NCBI GenBank assembly: GCA_019114245.1
Contig: DXFX01000071.1
Coordinates: 1,681-65,680, forward strand
From: Candidatus Borkfalkia faecipullorum
GTDB taxonomy: Bacteria > Bacillota > Clostridia > Christensenellales > Borkfalkiaceae
DNA length: 64,000 nucleotides
Direction: 5' to 3'
This document shows positions 50,502-58,633 of the stretch, in pieces; position 1 is the first letter of the stretch, and every line of letters starts with the position of its first letter. The notes beneath the pieces are model-generated. The model was not told the DNA's origin and ran no database searches. It worked only from the letters and a program-made list of their open reading frames with translations. A program made the position numbers and the translations under genes.

Positions 50502-53459
50502 ATGGCGGCGGAACGGAGAATTTTTATCAGTTATTCGTCAAAGGAACTGGATATCGCGGCAAAAGTATGCGATTATCTGGAGCGCAACGGCATTTTGTGC
50601 TGGATCGCGCCGAGGAATGTGGACGCGGGCGGCAACTATGCTTCGCAGATCGTGCGGGCGATCAAGCAGTGCGACATTCTGGTGCTGCTCGCTTCGCGCA
50701 GTACCAATGCGTCGGGCCACGTCAGCAACGAGGTCAGCATTGCATTCGACAACAAAAAGACGATCATTCCCTTTAAATTGCAGGATTTCGAGTTTACGGA
50801 CGAATACCTGTATTTTCTGGGCAGAAAGCACTGGATCGAGACGCACGGAGACGTCAATGCGGGGCTGGAAAAGCTGCGCGCCACCGTGCTGAGCGTTATC
50901 GGCGAACAGGCGGCGCCGACCGCCGCGGTGCCGCAGGAACCTCTTTTCCGCGCAAGGCCCGCCGCGCCCGCAGAACCCGCCCCGACCGAAGAGCGGCAGG
51001 GCAGCCGCCACACGCGCGAAAGCATTGTCGCTTCCCTGATCGCGGGGTGCGAAAAATATCCCTATTATCTGTACAAAAAGGTAAACACGCCCGAACGGTA
51101 CGAAAACTTCCTGCAGCACGCGCTCGTCATGTTTTCGGAAACGGTGAGCGTGTATCGGTACAACAAGTGTCTTTCCGATTGCGAAAACATCATCGACCTG
51201 CTGGTGGAAAATCTTTCGGGAGAGGCGGAATGCTGCGTGCAGGTGCAGGGTCTGCCAGGCGGCGCAAAGAACATGATCCTGCAGCTCGTGTTTTACAAAA
51301 TGCTGGAAAATTTCCGCACGGGAAAATCCGACGTCCTGCCTTTTTACCTTTCGGCGAGCTATTACGAAAAGATCCCTTACAACCCCGACAACGTTTACGG
51401 GCAGATGAAGGACGTGATCGGCAAGGACTGCAGGGAATACTTTGCCTATTTGCAGGAGAATCCGACCGTGCGCCCCGTGCTGCTCATCGAGGCGATCCGC
51501 GAGCACAACGTCGCGCGCTTTTCGCCCGAAAACGCCGTGGCGGAGCTCTGGTCGCGGTATAAAAAGTTCAACAGGGCGTGCGCCATCGACGTGGGGCTCA
51601 TCAAAAACCGCGCGAGGCTGAAGCGCGTCATTCCCATCGCGGGAGACGCCAAGGGGTACACACTCGTGGTGAACCAGATCCCCATTGACGACAAAAACGC
51701 CTGCCTGCGCCTGATCGGAAGCGTGTTCGCCATGTACGGCTACGATCTGGACCCGCAGGAAGCGTATTCCTTCCTCAGGGCGATGCAGTATCCCGCCGTG
51801 GACATTTTCCTCGTGCGACTCATCGCCACGGAAACCATATCCGTGTACAACCGCGACGACATCCGCCTGACGGACATCTACGAAAAATTTGCCCTTTCCG
51901 AACTCTACGGCGATGCGGAACAGCTGAAAAAAGTTTCCCGCGAACTGACGGCGTATGTCTTTGACCAGTCTTACACGCTGCCGTCCACGGGTTACAATGC
52001 CGCCATGTGGTCGCTGCCGCACAAGCACAATACCTATCTCGAATTTCTCATTGCCTACTACTTTGTCTACCGCATCGAGCACTATAAGGAATATTCCGAG
52101 CACAGATTTTTCGCCATCGTGCTCACGGCAATGTCCAATCACTTTGTCGTCTCTTTCCTCAAAGAAAACTATACCCTGCAGGAGATCCTGCTGCATTTCA
52201 TCCTGGAAAATTACGAAAGCTTCGATATGCAGCAAAAGGTGAACGCCGTGTACTGGCTGGGCAGGATCACCTTTAAAAATCTGGCGGGGGAGGCGGTGGA
52301 ACTTCTCACCCGCGAGTTTGACAGGATGCTCCCGCTCGTCAAGACCAACAACAGGAGCACGCAGGAAAATTACGACAATCATTTTATGTTCCGCTCGGTG
52401 TGTATCGGGCTCTTGTATCAAAGCAAGATGAAGGCGATGGACGAATACCTGTGCGTGGTGGTCACCAACGACATTGCCAACGCCATCAACAGGGGCGCCA
52501 CCATCGAGTATTTCGGCGACAATTACCAGATGGTCGCGCACGATTCGTACTATCTGGACAGCGATCTGAACCTGGGCGAACAGGCAATCAAGATCCTGAT
52601 CAGCCGCATCGAAAACGCGCTCACGGGAAACACGGGCAAGTTTGTGGAAAACAATCTCGTCACCCTGCTCACGCTTCTGCAATCGCGCATCCAGAACGAC
52701 AGGACGGTACTGAAATACGATGTACGTCCCTACGTTTCCAAAGCGATGGAACTGCTTTCTCTCTACCGCAAGCGCCCGCAGAACATCGTTTCCTCCAAGC
52801 TGATGTACTATTTCCAGAGCGTGGAAGAGGATTTTCACTACTATCTCGATCATGCCCGTTTCGACATCGGGCCGATCATTTACAACAGGTACAGGCGGCT
52901 CAAACAGGTCAAGCGCACCCAATGGCTGAAACACGACATTTACGATCCCGAAAGCGTTGCCGAACACAGTTACAGCGCCTGGATGCTCGCCATGTTTTTC
53001 CTGCCCGAAGAATTGCAGATGGAAGGGTACTGCAAGAGGGAGGTCCTGGATATGCTCCTCATCCACGACATGGCGGAAGCCGCCGTGGGGGACGCGCGCA
53101 CCAGCCTTTCCGAACAGAAAAAGGAACTCAAAGAGCAAAACGACGTTCTGCGCAAACTCTTTCTGAAAGGGACGTATCCGGACATCGCCAATCTCTCCTA
53201 TTACTATAACATCTGGACGGGGTACTACAACGGCATCAATGCCAACGCCAAGGTCGCGCGGGACATCAATCTTTTACAGTCCGTCTATACCTTCTGCGAA
53301 TATTATTGCACCTTCCCCGATCACTTTACAAAGCAGGACGCCGCAGCGTGGATCCGCGAAAAGAACAACCTCAAGACGGAAGTGGGGTACCAGCTGTTCG
53401 AGCGGCTCATCCTCAAAAACAACGATTTCAGGCGGCTGTTTGAGGAGATAGAAATGTAA
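50502..53459 (+). CDS. TIR domain / degenerate STAND(NACHT-like) core / helical region / YfbR-type HD domain fusion protein (985 aa)
   Basis: aa 5-115 RIFISYSS..ILCWIAPRNVDAGGNYASQI..SGHVSNEVSIAF (TIR). aa 250-257 GLPGGAKN, aa 325-332 PVLLIEAI, aa 504-521 SLPHKHNTYLEFLIAYYF (STAND-like). aa 817-864 ESVAEHS..LLIHDMAE..VGDA (HD). Confidence 0.75.
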   Translation: MAAERRIFISYSSKELDIAAKVCDYLERNGILCWIAPRNVDAGGNYASQIVRAIKQCDILVLLASRSTNASGHVSNEVSIAFDNKKTIIPFKLQDFEFTDEYLYFLGRKHWIETHGDVNAGLEKLRATVLSVIGEQAAPTAAVPQEPLFRARPAAPAEPAPTEERQGSRHTRESIVASLIAGCEKYPYYLYKKVNTPERYENFLQHALVMFSETVSVYRYNKCLSDCENIIDLLVENLSGEAECCVQVQGLPGGAKNMILQLVFYKMLENFRTGKSDVLPFYLSASYYEKIPYNPDNVYGQMKDVIGKDCREYFAYLQENPTVRPVLLIEAIREHNVARFSPENAVAELWSRYKKFNRACAIDVGLIKNRARLKRVIPIAGDAKGYTLVVNQIPIDDKNACLRLIGSVFAMYGYDLDPQEAYSFLRAMQYPAVDIFLVRLIATETISVYNRDDIRLTDIYEKFALSELYGDAEQLKKVSRELTAYVFDQSYTLPSTGYNAAMWSLPHKHNTYLEFLIAYYFVYRIEHYKEYSEHRFFAIVLTAMSNHFVVSFLKENYTLQEILLHFILENYESFDMQQKVNAVYWLGRITFKNLAGEAVELLTREFDRMLPLVKTNNRSTQENYDNHFMFRSVCIGLLYQSKMKAMDEYLCVVVTNDIANAINRGATIEYFGDNYQMVAHDSYYLDSDLNLGEQAIKILISRIENALTGNTGKFVENNLVTLLTLLQSRIQNDRTVLKYDVRPYVSKAMELLSLYRKRPQNIVSSKLMYYFQSVEEDFHYYLDHARFDIGPIIYNRYRRLKQVKRTQWLKHDIYDPESVAEHSYSAWMLAMFFLPEELQMEGYCKREVLDMLLIHDMAEAAVGDARTSLSEQKKELKEQNDVLRKLFLKGTYPDIANLSYYYNIWTGYYNGINANAKVARDINLLQSVYTFCEYYCTFPDHFTKQDAAAWIREKNNLKTEVGYQLFERLILKNNDFRRLFEEIEM

Positions 53460-53484
53460 AAACGAAGCGCGCTTTTCAGCGCAT

Positions 53485-53521
53485 AAAAAACGGCGTCACT
53501 GCTTGCAGTGACGCCGTTTTT
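53485..53521. terminator. Bidirectional terminator between convergent genes
   Basis: aaaaaa-cggcgtcactg/cagtgacgccg-ttttt. Confidence 0.9.
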
Positions 53522-53567
53522 ATACTACGTTCTCTTGTTTTCAGGACAAAATCCCCGCGCGGTGCGC

Positions 53568-54305
53568 TCAGAAAGGCCGCCCGTTTTTTTCGGGCAAAAA
53601 TTTCCAGTACCGCACGGGCATATAGCCCTTCATCTGCTTTTCGTGCGGGCGCTGGGCAATGTTCACGCTCTCGTAATACTGTTTCCAGAGATTCTGAAAG
53701 TTTTCCTCATCGGGGGAAAGGGGAACGTCCACCTTTTCCTCGGTCTGTACGATCACGCAGTCTTTGCCGTTCCAGAGGGCGGCTTTCCTGCGCGAAAGGT
53801 CGTGCATGACAAAGGGCTGACCTCCCAGCCTGCGCAGAAAATGGGGGAGGATGAGGTCGAGAATGTCGTTGTCTGGGGTGAAAGGGGCGTACCATATGCC
53901 GTTTGCACCTTCCATAAAGCGCAGAAATCCCTTCATGCGGTGCGCTTCCAGCGTCACCTTGCCGCGCAGATCCCACGCGGCGGAAACGCTCGCGTCCGCG
54001 CGCCTGTCCCGCACGGGCGCTCTTTCCTGCACGATGCGCCGTATATACCGCAGGGCGACCATCTCGCGCTCGGGGGAGCAGGAGCGCAAAATCAGTCCGA
54101 TGTCGTCCAGCGAATGCCTGTCGTATTGCAAAAGCCGCCTCTTTACGCGGTCGGACTTTTCTTTTTCCTCCTGCACGCAGACGATCTGCGCGCCCAGCGG
54201 CAGCTGGAAAGAGCGGGAGAGGAGGAGACAGCTCTTGTCCGTGCAGGCGGAAAACACGGCGGTATAAAAGCAGTTTTCGCTGCCGTCCGTAACGTAGACG
54301 TTCAC
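53568..54305 (-). CDS. DUF4130 / TIGR03915-like putative DNA-repair protein (partner of the radical SAM enzyme)
   Basis: MNVYVTDGSENCFYTAVF N-terminus and MPVRYWKFLPE C-terminus are typical of the family. GTGA overlap with the upstream gene. Confidence 0.7.
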   Translation of the reverse strand: MNVYVTDGSENCFYTAVFSACTDKSCLLLSRSFQLPLGAQIVCVQEEKEKSDRVKRRLLQYDRHSLDDIGLILRSCSPEREMVALRYIRRIVQERAPVRDRRADASVSAAWDLRGKVTLEAHRMKGFLRFMEGANGIWYAPFTPDNDILDLILPHFLRRLGGQPFVMHDLSRRKAALWNGKDCVIVQTEEKVDVPLSPDEENFQNLWKQYYESVNIAQRPHEKQMKGYMPVRYWKFLPEKNGRPF

Positions 54306-55561
54306 AGCTGCCCCGTGAGAACGCTGGCAGAGGTGTCCAGCGTGGAGAACATGGAAAGCTGTTCGCTGGTCTGCGAGTGCTCTTCCAGCGCCAGCATACG
54401 GCGCACGGCGGAAGTGTTTTCGCTGCCGTAAAACTTTCCGCCGCAGGTGATAAAGTGCTGTGCGCGCTTGAGCACGATGCGCATTCTCGCAAGGTCCTCA
54501 AAGCGCAGGGCGCCGAACCTGCGCGCTTTCATGATCTTGTACGCGCCCAGCGTGCCTATGCCGGGTACGCGCAGCAGCATTTCCAGGGGCGCCGTGTTGA
54601 TCTCCACGGGGAAGCACTGCATATTTTTCAGCGCCCAGGCGCACTTGGGGTCGTACTCCTGCGGCAGGTTTTCTCCCTCGCCCGCGATCTCCTCGGCGGA
54701 AAACCCGTAATAGCGCATCAGCCAGTCCGCCTGGTACAGCCTGTGTTCGCGCAGCAGTCCCGTGCAGGTGTCGGGCAGAAGGGAATGCCGCACCACGGGC
54801 ACGTAGGAGGAATAATACACCCTTTTGAGGGAAAACTTTCTGTACATCGCCTGCGAAAGGCGCAGGATCTGCCCGTCCGCTTCGGGGGAAGCTCCCACGA
54901 TCATCTGCGTCGTCTGCCCTGCGGGCAGAAATTTGCCCTTTCCCTTGCCCTTGTGTTCGGCGGTAAACTCGCTCTTTTGCAGGGCAAGCTGTTTCATGGG
55001 CAAAAGCAAGCTTTCCCGCGTCTTTTGCGGGGCAAGCAGTTTCAGGCTCCTTTCGGAGGGGAGCTCCACGTTATAGCTCATGCGGTCCACCGTGCGCGCC
55101 GCGCGCGTGAGCAGGAGGGGGTCGGCATAGGGGATGCCTTTGAGATGAATGTATCCGTTAAAGCGGTACTCTTTTCTCAGTTTTTCCGCCGTTTCCACCA
55201 GCCGTTCCATGGTGTAATCGGGGTTTTTCGTCACGGCGGAGGAGAGGAACAGCCCCTCGATATAGTTGCGCCTGTAAAACGCCATCACCAGCTGACAGAT
55301 CTCGTCGGGGGTGGCCTCCGCGCGCGGGACGTCCGCCTCCGCGCGGTTGGGGCAATACAGGCAGTTGTAGATGCACTTGTTGCTGAGCAAAATTTTCAAA
55401 AGTGAAATGCAGCGCCCGTCGGGTGTGAACGAGTGGCAGATCCCGCCGATCGAGGCGTTCCCCAGCCCGCCCTTTTTGTTGGCGCGGGCAGAGCCGGACG
55501 AGGAACAGGATACGTCGTACTTTGCGCTTTCCGTCAGAATTTTCAGCCGTTCCGCTTCCAT
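54302..55561 (-). CDS. Putative DNA modification/repair radical SAM protein (TIGR03916-like) with a C-terminal HhH
   Basis: CIYNCLYC CxxxCxxC cluster motif. LLRVPGIGTLGAYKIMKARR helix-hairpin-helix. AGGAGG RBS. Confidence 0.75.
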   Translation of the reverse strand: MEAERLKILTESAKYDVSCSSSGSARANKKGGLGNASIGGICHSFTPDGRCISLLKILLSNKCIYNCLYCPNRAEADVPRAEATPDEICQLVMAFYRRNYIEGLFLSSAVTKNPDYTMERLVETAEKLRKEYRFNGYIHLKGIPYADPLLLTRAARTVDRMSYNVELPSERSLKLLAPQKTRESLLLPMKQLALQKSEFTAEHKGKGKGKFLPAGQTTQMIVGASPEADGQILRLSQAMYRKFSLKRVYYSSYVPVVRHSLLPDTCTGLLREHRLYQADWLMRYYGFSAEEIAGEGENLPQEYDPKCAWALKNMQCFPVEINTAPLEMLLRVPGIGTLGAYKIMKARRFGALRFEDLARMRIVLKRAQHFITCGGKFYGSENTSAVRRMLALEEHSQTSEQLSMFSTLDTSASVLTGQL

Positions 55562-55584
55562 GCCGTTTCCCTCCTTTTTCTTTC

Positions 55585-55613
55585 AGTATAGACCATTTTT
55601 TTAAAAAAGTCAA
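55585..55613 (-). promoter_or_regulatory. Promoter TTGACT-17-TATACT (read on the - strand) for the radical SAM operon
   Basis: The reverse complement of 55585-55613 gives TTGACTtttttaaaaaaatggtcTATACT. Confidence 0.65.
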
Positions 55614-55624
55614 ACATTTGTTTG
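55611..55624. promoter_or_regulatory. SOS/Cheo-box-like palindrome CAAAC-N4-GTTTG overlapping the -35
   Basis: caaacatttgtttg matches 12 of the 14 positions of the CGAACRNRYGTTYG pattern. Confidence 0.4.
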
Positions 55625-55741
55625 TATTTCTGGATGGAAGATTTTTCAAAATTTCACTTGTTTTTCATGCAACGTTGGTGTTATAATAATATTGTTGATT
55701 TACAATGCTAAGTAAAATAGTGAGTACGGAGGAAAAGCGAC

Positions 55742-56410
55742 ATGAAAGTGCTGATCGTAGACGATGAAGAGATGATCCGCAACGTGCTGCGGGAGTACAT
55801 CGAGTTTGAGGGAAACGAGGCGTATGAAGCGGCGGACGGCATCCAGGCAGTCAAGATGTGCAAGGAAAACGATTACGACATCATTCTGATGGACGTGATG
55901 ATGCCTTCTCTGGACGGTTTTTCCGCGGTCAAGGAGATCCGCAAGTTCAAGGACATTCCCGTCATCATGCTCTCCGCAAGGGGGGAGGAGTACGACAAGC
56001 TGTTCGGCTTTGAAGTGGGCGCGGACGACTACGTCACCAAGCCTTTTTCTCCCAAGGAAGTGATGGCGCGCATCGCGGCCGTCACCAAGCGCCACAAGGC
56101 GGGCGCACCCGCCTCGCGCGAGACGCTGCAATTTGAGGGGCTGGAGATCGACATGAAGGGGAGAAACGTGTTTGTGGACGGCAAAAAGCTGGATCTCACC
56201 CCCAAGGAATACGAGCTTCTCTTTTACCTCGTCAAAAACAACGGCATTGCCCTTTCACGCGAAAAGCTGCTTTCCGACGTGTGGGGATTTGATTTTTACG
56301 GGGACGACAGGACGGTGGACACCCACATCAAGATGCTGCGCGGCAGTCTGGGCGAATACCGCAAGTTTATCGTCACGCTGAGGGGATTGGGTTACAAATT
56401 TGAAGCATGA
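55742..56410 (+). CDS. OmpR-family response regulator
   Basis: Receiver domain (DVMMP, D at the phospho-site) plus winged-helix LTPKEYELLFYL..RGLGYKF. Confidence 0.92.
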   Translation: MKVLIVDDEEMIRNVLREYIEFEGNEAYEAADGIQAVKMCKENDYDIILMDVMMPSLDGFSAVKEIRKFKDIPVIMLSARGEEYDKLFGFEVGADDYVTKPFSPKEVMARIAAVTKRHKAGAPASRETLQFEGLEIDMKGRNVFVDGKKLDLTPKEYELLFYLVKNNGIALSREKLLSDVWGFDFYGDDRTVDTHIKMLRGSLGEYRKFIVTLRGLGYKFEA

Positions 56411-57906
56411 GCAAAATCAGGCATTTCCACAGCATCAATTTCATATTGTGGCTGAGTTTCCTTATTTTTGCGGCGTTTATCATCATGTTCACGTGGGTGT
56501 TTCAGACCACCCTTTTAAGAGTTTTTCTCAGCAAGCAGATCTCGGACGATCTCAATTCTTTCGGCAAGCTTGCCTACGAACGTCTGCACATTGAACTTCC
56601 CGTTCAGGAAAACATGGCGGACATCGAGCGCTGTGTGGAGACGCTGCAGAACAACGACCGCGCCGCCACCGTGTATCTGTTTTCGGCGGATGCGAAAAAG
56701 CTGTATCCCGTAGCGGATGCGAACGAAGTGTATGCCTTTTCCACCTCGGAAGAGGAAAACGGAACGGTGCTCAGCTCCGAACAGATCGATTTTCTGCGCG
56801 CAAAGGAAAAGTACCAGCCGGAAATTTTGAGCGATCCGAAAATTTCCGCAGGGCTTCCGCTCCTTCTGGACAATTCGCGGTTTTGCTATATCGCCTATTT
56901 CGGAGAGACCGCGGCGGCGGAAACGGCGGACGGGACGGACGGAGCGTATCTGTTCATCGAGTATTCCACCGAACTTGTGGATACCGCCATGGGGACCATG
57001 CGCGTACAGCTCGTCCTCATCTCCATCATCGTCATCTTCCTGGCGCTGATCGTTTCCGTGCTGCTTTCCATGAAACTGACAAAGCCCATCACGCGCATCA
57101 CGCGCGCCGCCAAACGCATGGCGGAAGGGGATTTCAGCGTCAACTTCAAGGGCGAATATTCCTACGACGAAATGGAACAGCTGGCGGAAACACTGGACTA
57201 TGCCAAGGAGGAGATAGGAAAGTCCGATCAGCTGCAGAAAGAGGTGCTCGCCAACGTCACGCACGATCTGAAGACCCCGCTCACCATGATCAAGGCGTAT
57301 GCCTCCATGATCCAGGAGATCTCGGGCAACGATCCCGTCAAGCGCGCCAAGCACACGCAGGTCATCATCGAAGAATCGGACAGGCTCACCTCTCTCGTCA
57401 ACGATATTCTCAACCTCTCCAAGATCCGTTCGGGCATGGACTCGCTGAAAATTTCCAATTTCAACCTTTCCGAGTTTATCCATGAGGTTCTGGAACGGTT
57501 CAGCTATCTCACGGAAACGCAGGGGTACACCATCACGCGCGACGTCGAGGACGACCTGTTCACCGAGGCGGACGCGGAAAAGATAGAGCAGGTCATCTAC
57601 AATCTTGTCGGAAACGCCGTCAACTATACGGGCGAGGACAAGAAGATCGCAGTCGGGCTCAAGCGCACGGACAAGGGGCTCAGGTTCACCGTGTCGGATA
57701 CGGGCCGCGGGATCCCCGAAGAGGAGATCAAGACCATCTGGGACAGATACTACCGCTCCTCCGAAACGCACAAGCGCCCCATCCGCGGGACGGGGCTGGG
57801 ACTTTCCATCGTCAAGACGATCCTGTTAAAGCACGGATTTGAGTTCGGCGTGGAGAGCGAAGTGGGCAAGGGAAGCACTTTCTACGTCATCTTCCCCGAC
57901 AAATAA
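56407..57906 (+). CDS. Sensor histidine kinase (2 TM, HAMP, HisKA, HATPase_c)
   Basis: H-box ANVTHDLKTPLT, N-box NLVGNAVNYT, G-box DTGRGIP..GTGLGLSI. Confidence 0.92.
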   Translation: MSKIRHFHSINFILWLSFLIFAAFIIMFTWVFQTTLLRVFLSKQISDDLNSFGKLAYERLHIELPVQENMADIERCVETLQNNDRAATVYLFSADAKKLYPVADANEVYAFSTSEEENGTVLSSEQIDFLRAKEKYQPEILSDPKISAGLPLLLDNSRFCYIAYFGETAAAETADGTDGAYLFIEYSTELVDTAMGTMRVQLVLISIIVIFLALIVSVLLSMKLTKPITRITRAAKRMAEGDFSVNFKGEYSYDEMEQLAETLDYAKEEIGKSDQLQKEVLANVTHDLKTPLTMIKAYASMIQEISGNDPVKRAKHTQVIIEESDRLTSLVNDILNLSKIRSGMDSLKISNFNLSEFIHEVLERFSYLTETQGYTITRDVEDDLFTEADAEKIEQVIYNLVGNAVNYTGEDKKIAVGLKRTDKGLRFTVSDTGRGIPEEEIKTIWDRYYRSSETHKRPIRGTGLGLSIVKTILLKHGFEFGVESEVGKGSTFYVIFPDK

Positions 57907-57912
57907 AAAGAT

Positions 57913-57944
57913 CGCCCCGAAAGCGAAGGCTTTCGGGGCGTTTT
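57913..57944. terminator. Bidirectional terminator
   Basis: cgccccgaaagc/gctttcggggcg stem followed by tttt. Confidence 0.9.
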
Positions 57945-57945
57945 C

Positions 57946-58497
57946 TCATGCGGGATAAATGGCGTTTACCATTGCCAGGGCAAGCTGTTCGGGCGATTCC
58001 CTGCAGTCGTTGTCCAGCCACGCCATAGAAACGTTGAACAGCATCCCCGCGTAAAGATAGGGGGCGTAGCCGTCCGATTCGGGATGATCTTCTTTAAATT
58101 TCTGTGCAAAGTGCTTGTTGAGGTAATCGAGATAGATATATTCCAGCCTCGCCCTGCGCAGAAGTTTCAGCGTGGGGGCGTTTTCGCGGAACAGGCGGAA
58201 CACGGAAGTCACCACCAGCACATAATCCTCCCGCGTCCGCGCAAAAAAATGCTGTTCCAGCTGAAAACTTTTTCGGTTGTGTTCAAAGTAAAAGAGGATG
58301 ACGTCTTCCTTGTTTTTAAAGTGCCTGTAAAAGGTCACTCTGCCCACGCCCGCCTTAATGTCCGTCACGCTGATCTTTTCGTATTCGTATTCCTGCATCA
58401 GTTTAAACAGCGCCTGCGTGATATAATAGTTGGAATATTCTTCCGGCGTGTAATCCACGGTACACTTTCCCCCTTTTTGTTTCAATGGGGGATACAT
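57946..58497 (-). CDS. TetR-family transcriptional regulator
   Basis: ISVTDI..GVGRVTFYRHFKNKEDV HTH signature. Confidence 0.8.
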   Translation of the reverse strand: MYPPLKQKGGKCTVDYTPEEYSNYYITQALFKLMQEYEYEKISVTDIKAGVGRVTFYRHFKNKEDVILFYFEHNRKSFQLEQHFFARTREDYVLVVTSVFRLFRENAPTLKLLRRARLEYIYLDYLNKHFAQKFKEDHPESDGYAPYLYAGMLFNVSMAWLDNDCRESPEQLALAMVNAIYPA

Positions 58498-58532
58498 AAT
58501 CCGCCCATCTGTTTCTTTGCCCTTTTTCGGGA

Positions 58533-58561
58533 TTGACTTTTTTCCCGTTTTCTTCTATGAT
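58533..58561 (+). promoter_or_regulatory. Promoter TTGACT-17-TATGAT, divergent from the TetR gene
   Basis: Read directly. Confidence 0.6.
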
Positions 58562-58633
58562 ACAACTGTTCCATCAAGGTTGTCAACCAAATGCGCGCAG
58601 GAAAGACGGCCGAAAGGAACAGGAGGAAGAAAA

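Noticed and set aside
50538-53138. 866-aa minus-strand ORF opposite the TIR-HD gene
   Set aside because: The + strand frame carries the coherent TIR, P-loop-like and HD motifs and has a promoter, RBS and terminator. The antisense translation is low-complexity (H/R/G/V/F-rich).
50502-55561. TIR-HD gene and the radical SAM/DUF4130 pair as one operon or system
   Set aside because: The genes are convergent and separated by a perfect bidirectional terminator, and each has its own promoter. A functional link is possible but not supported by the sequence.
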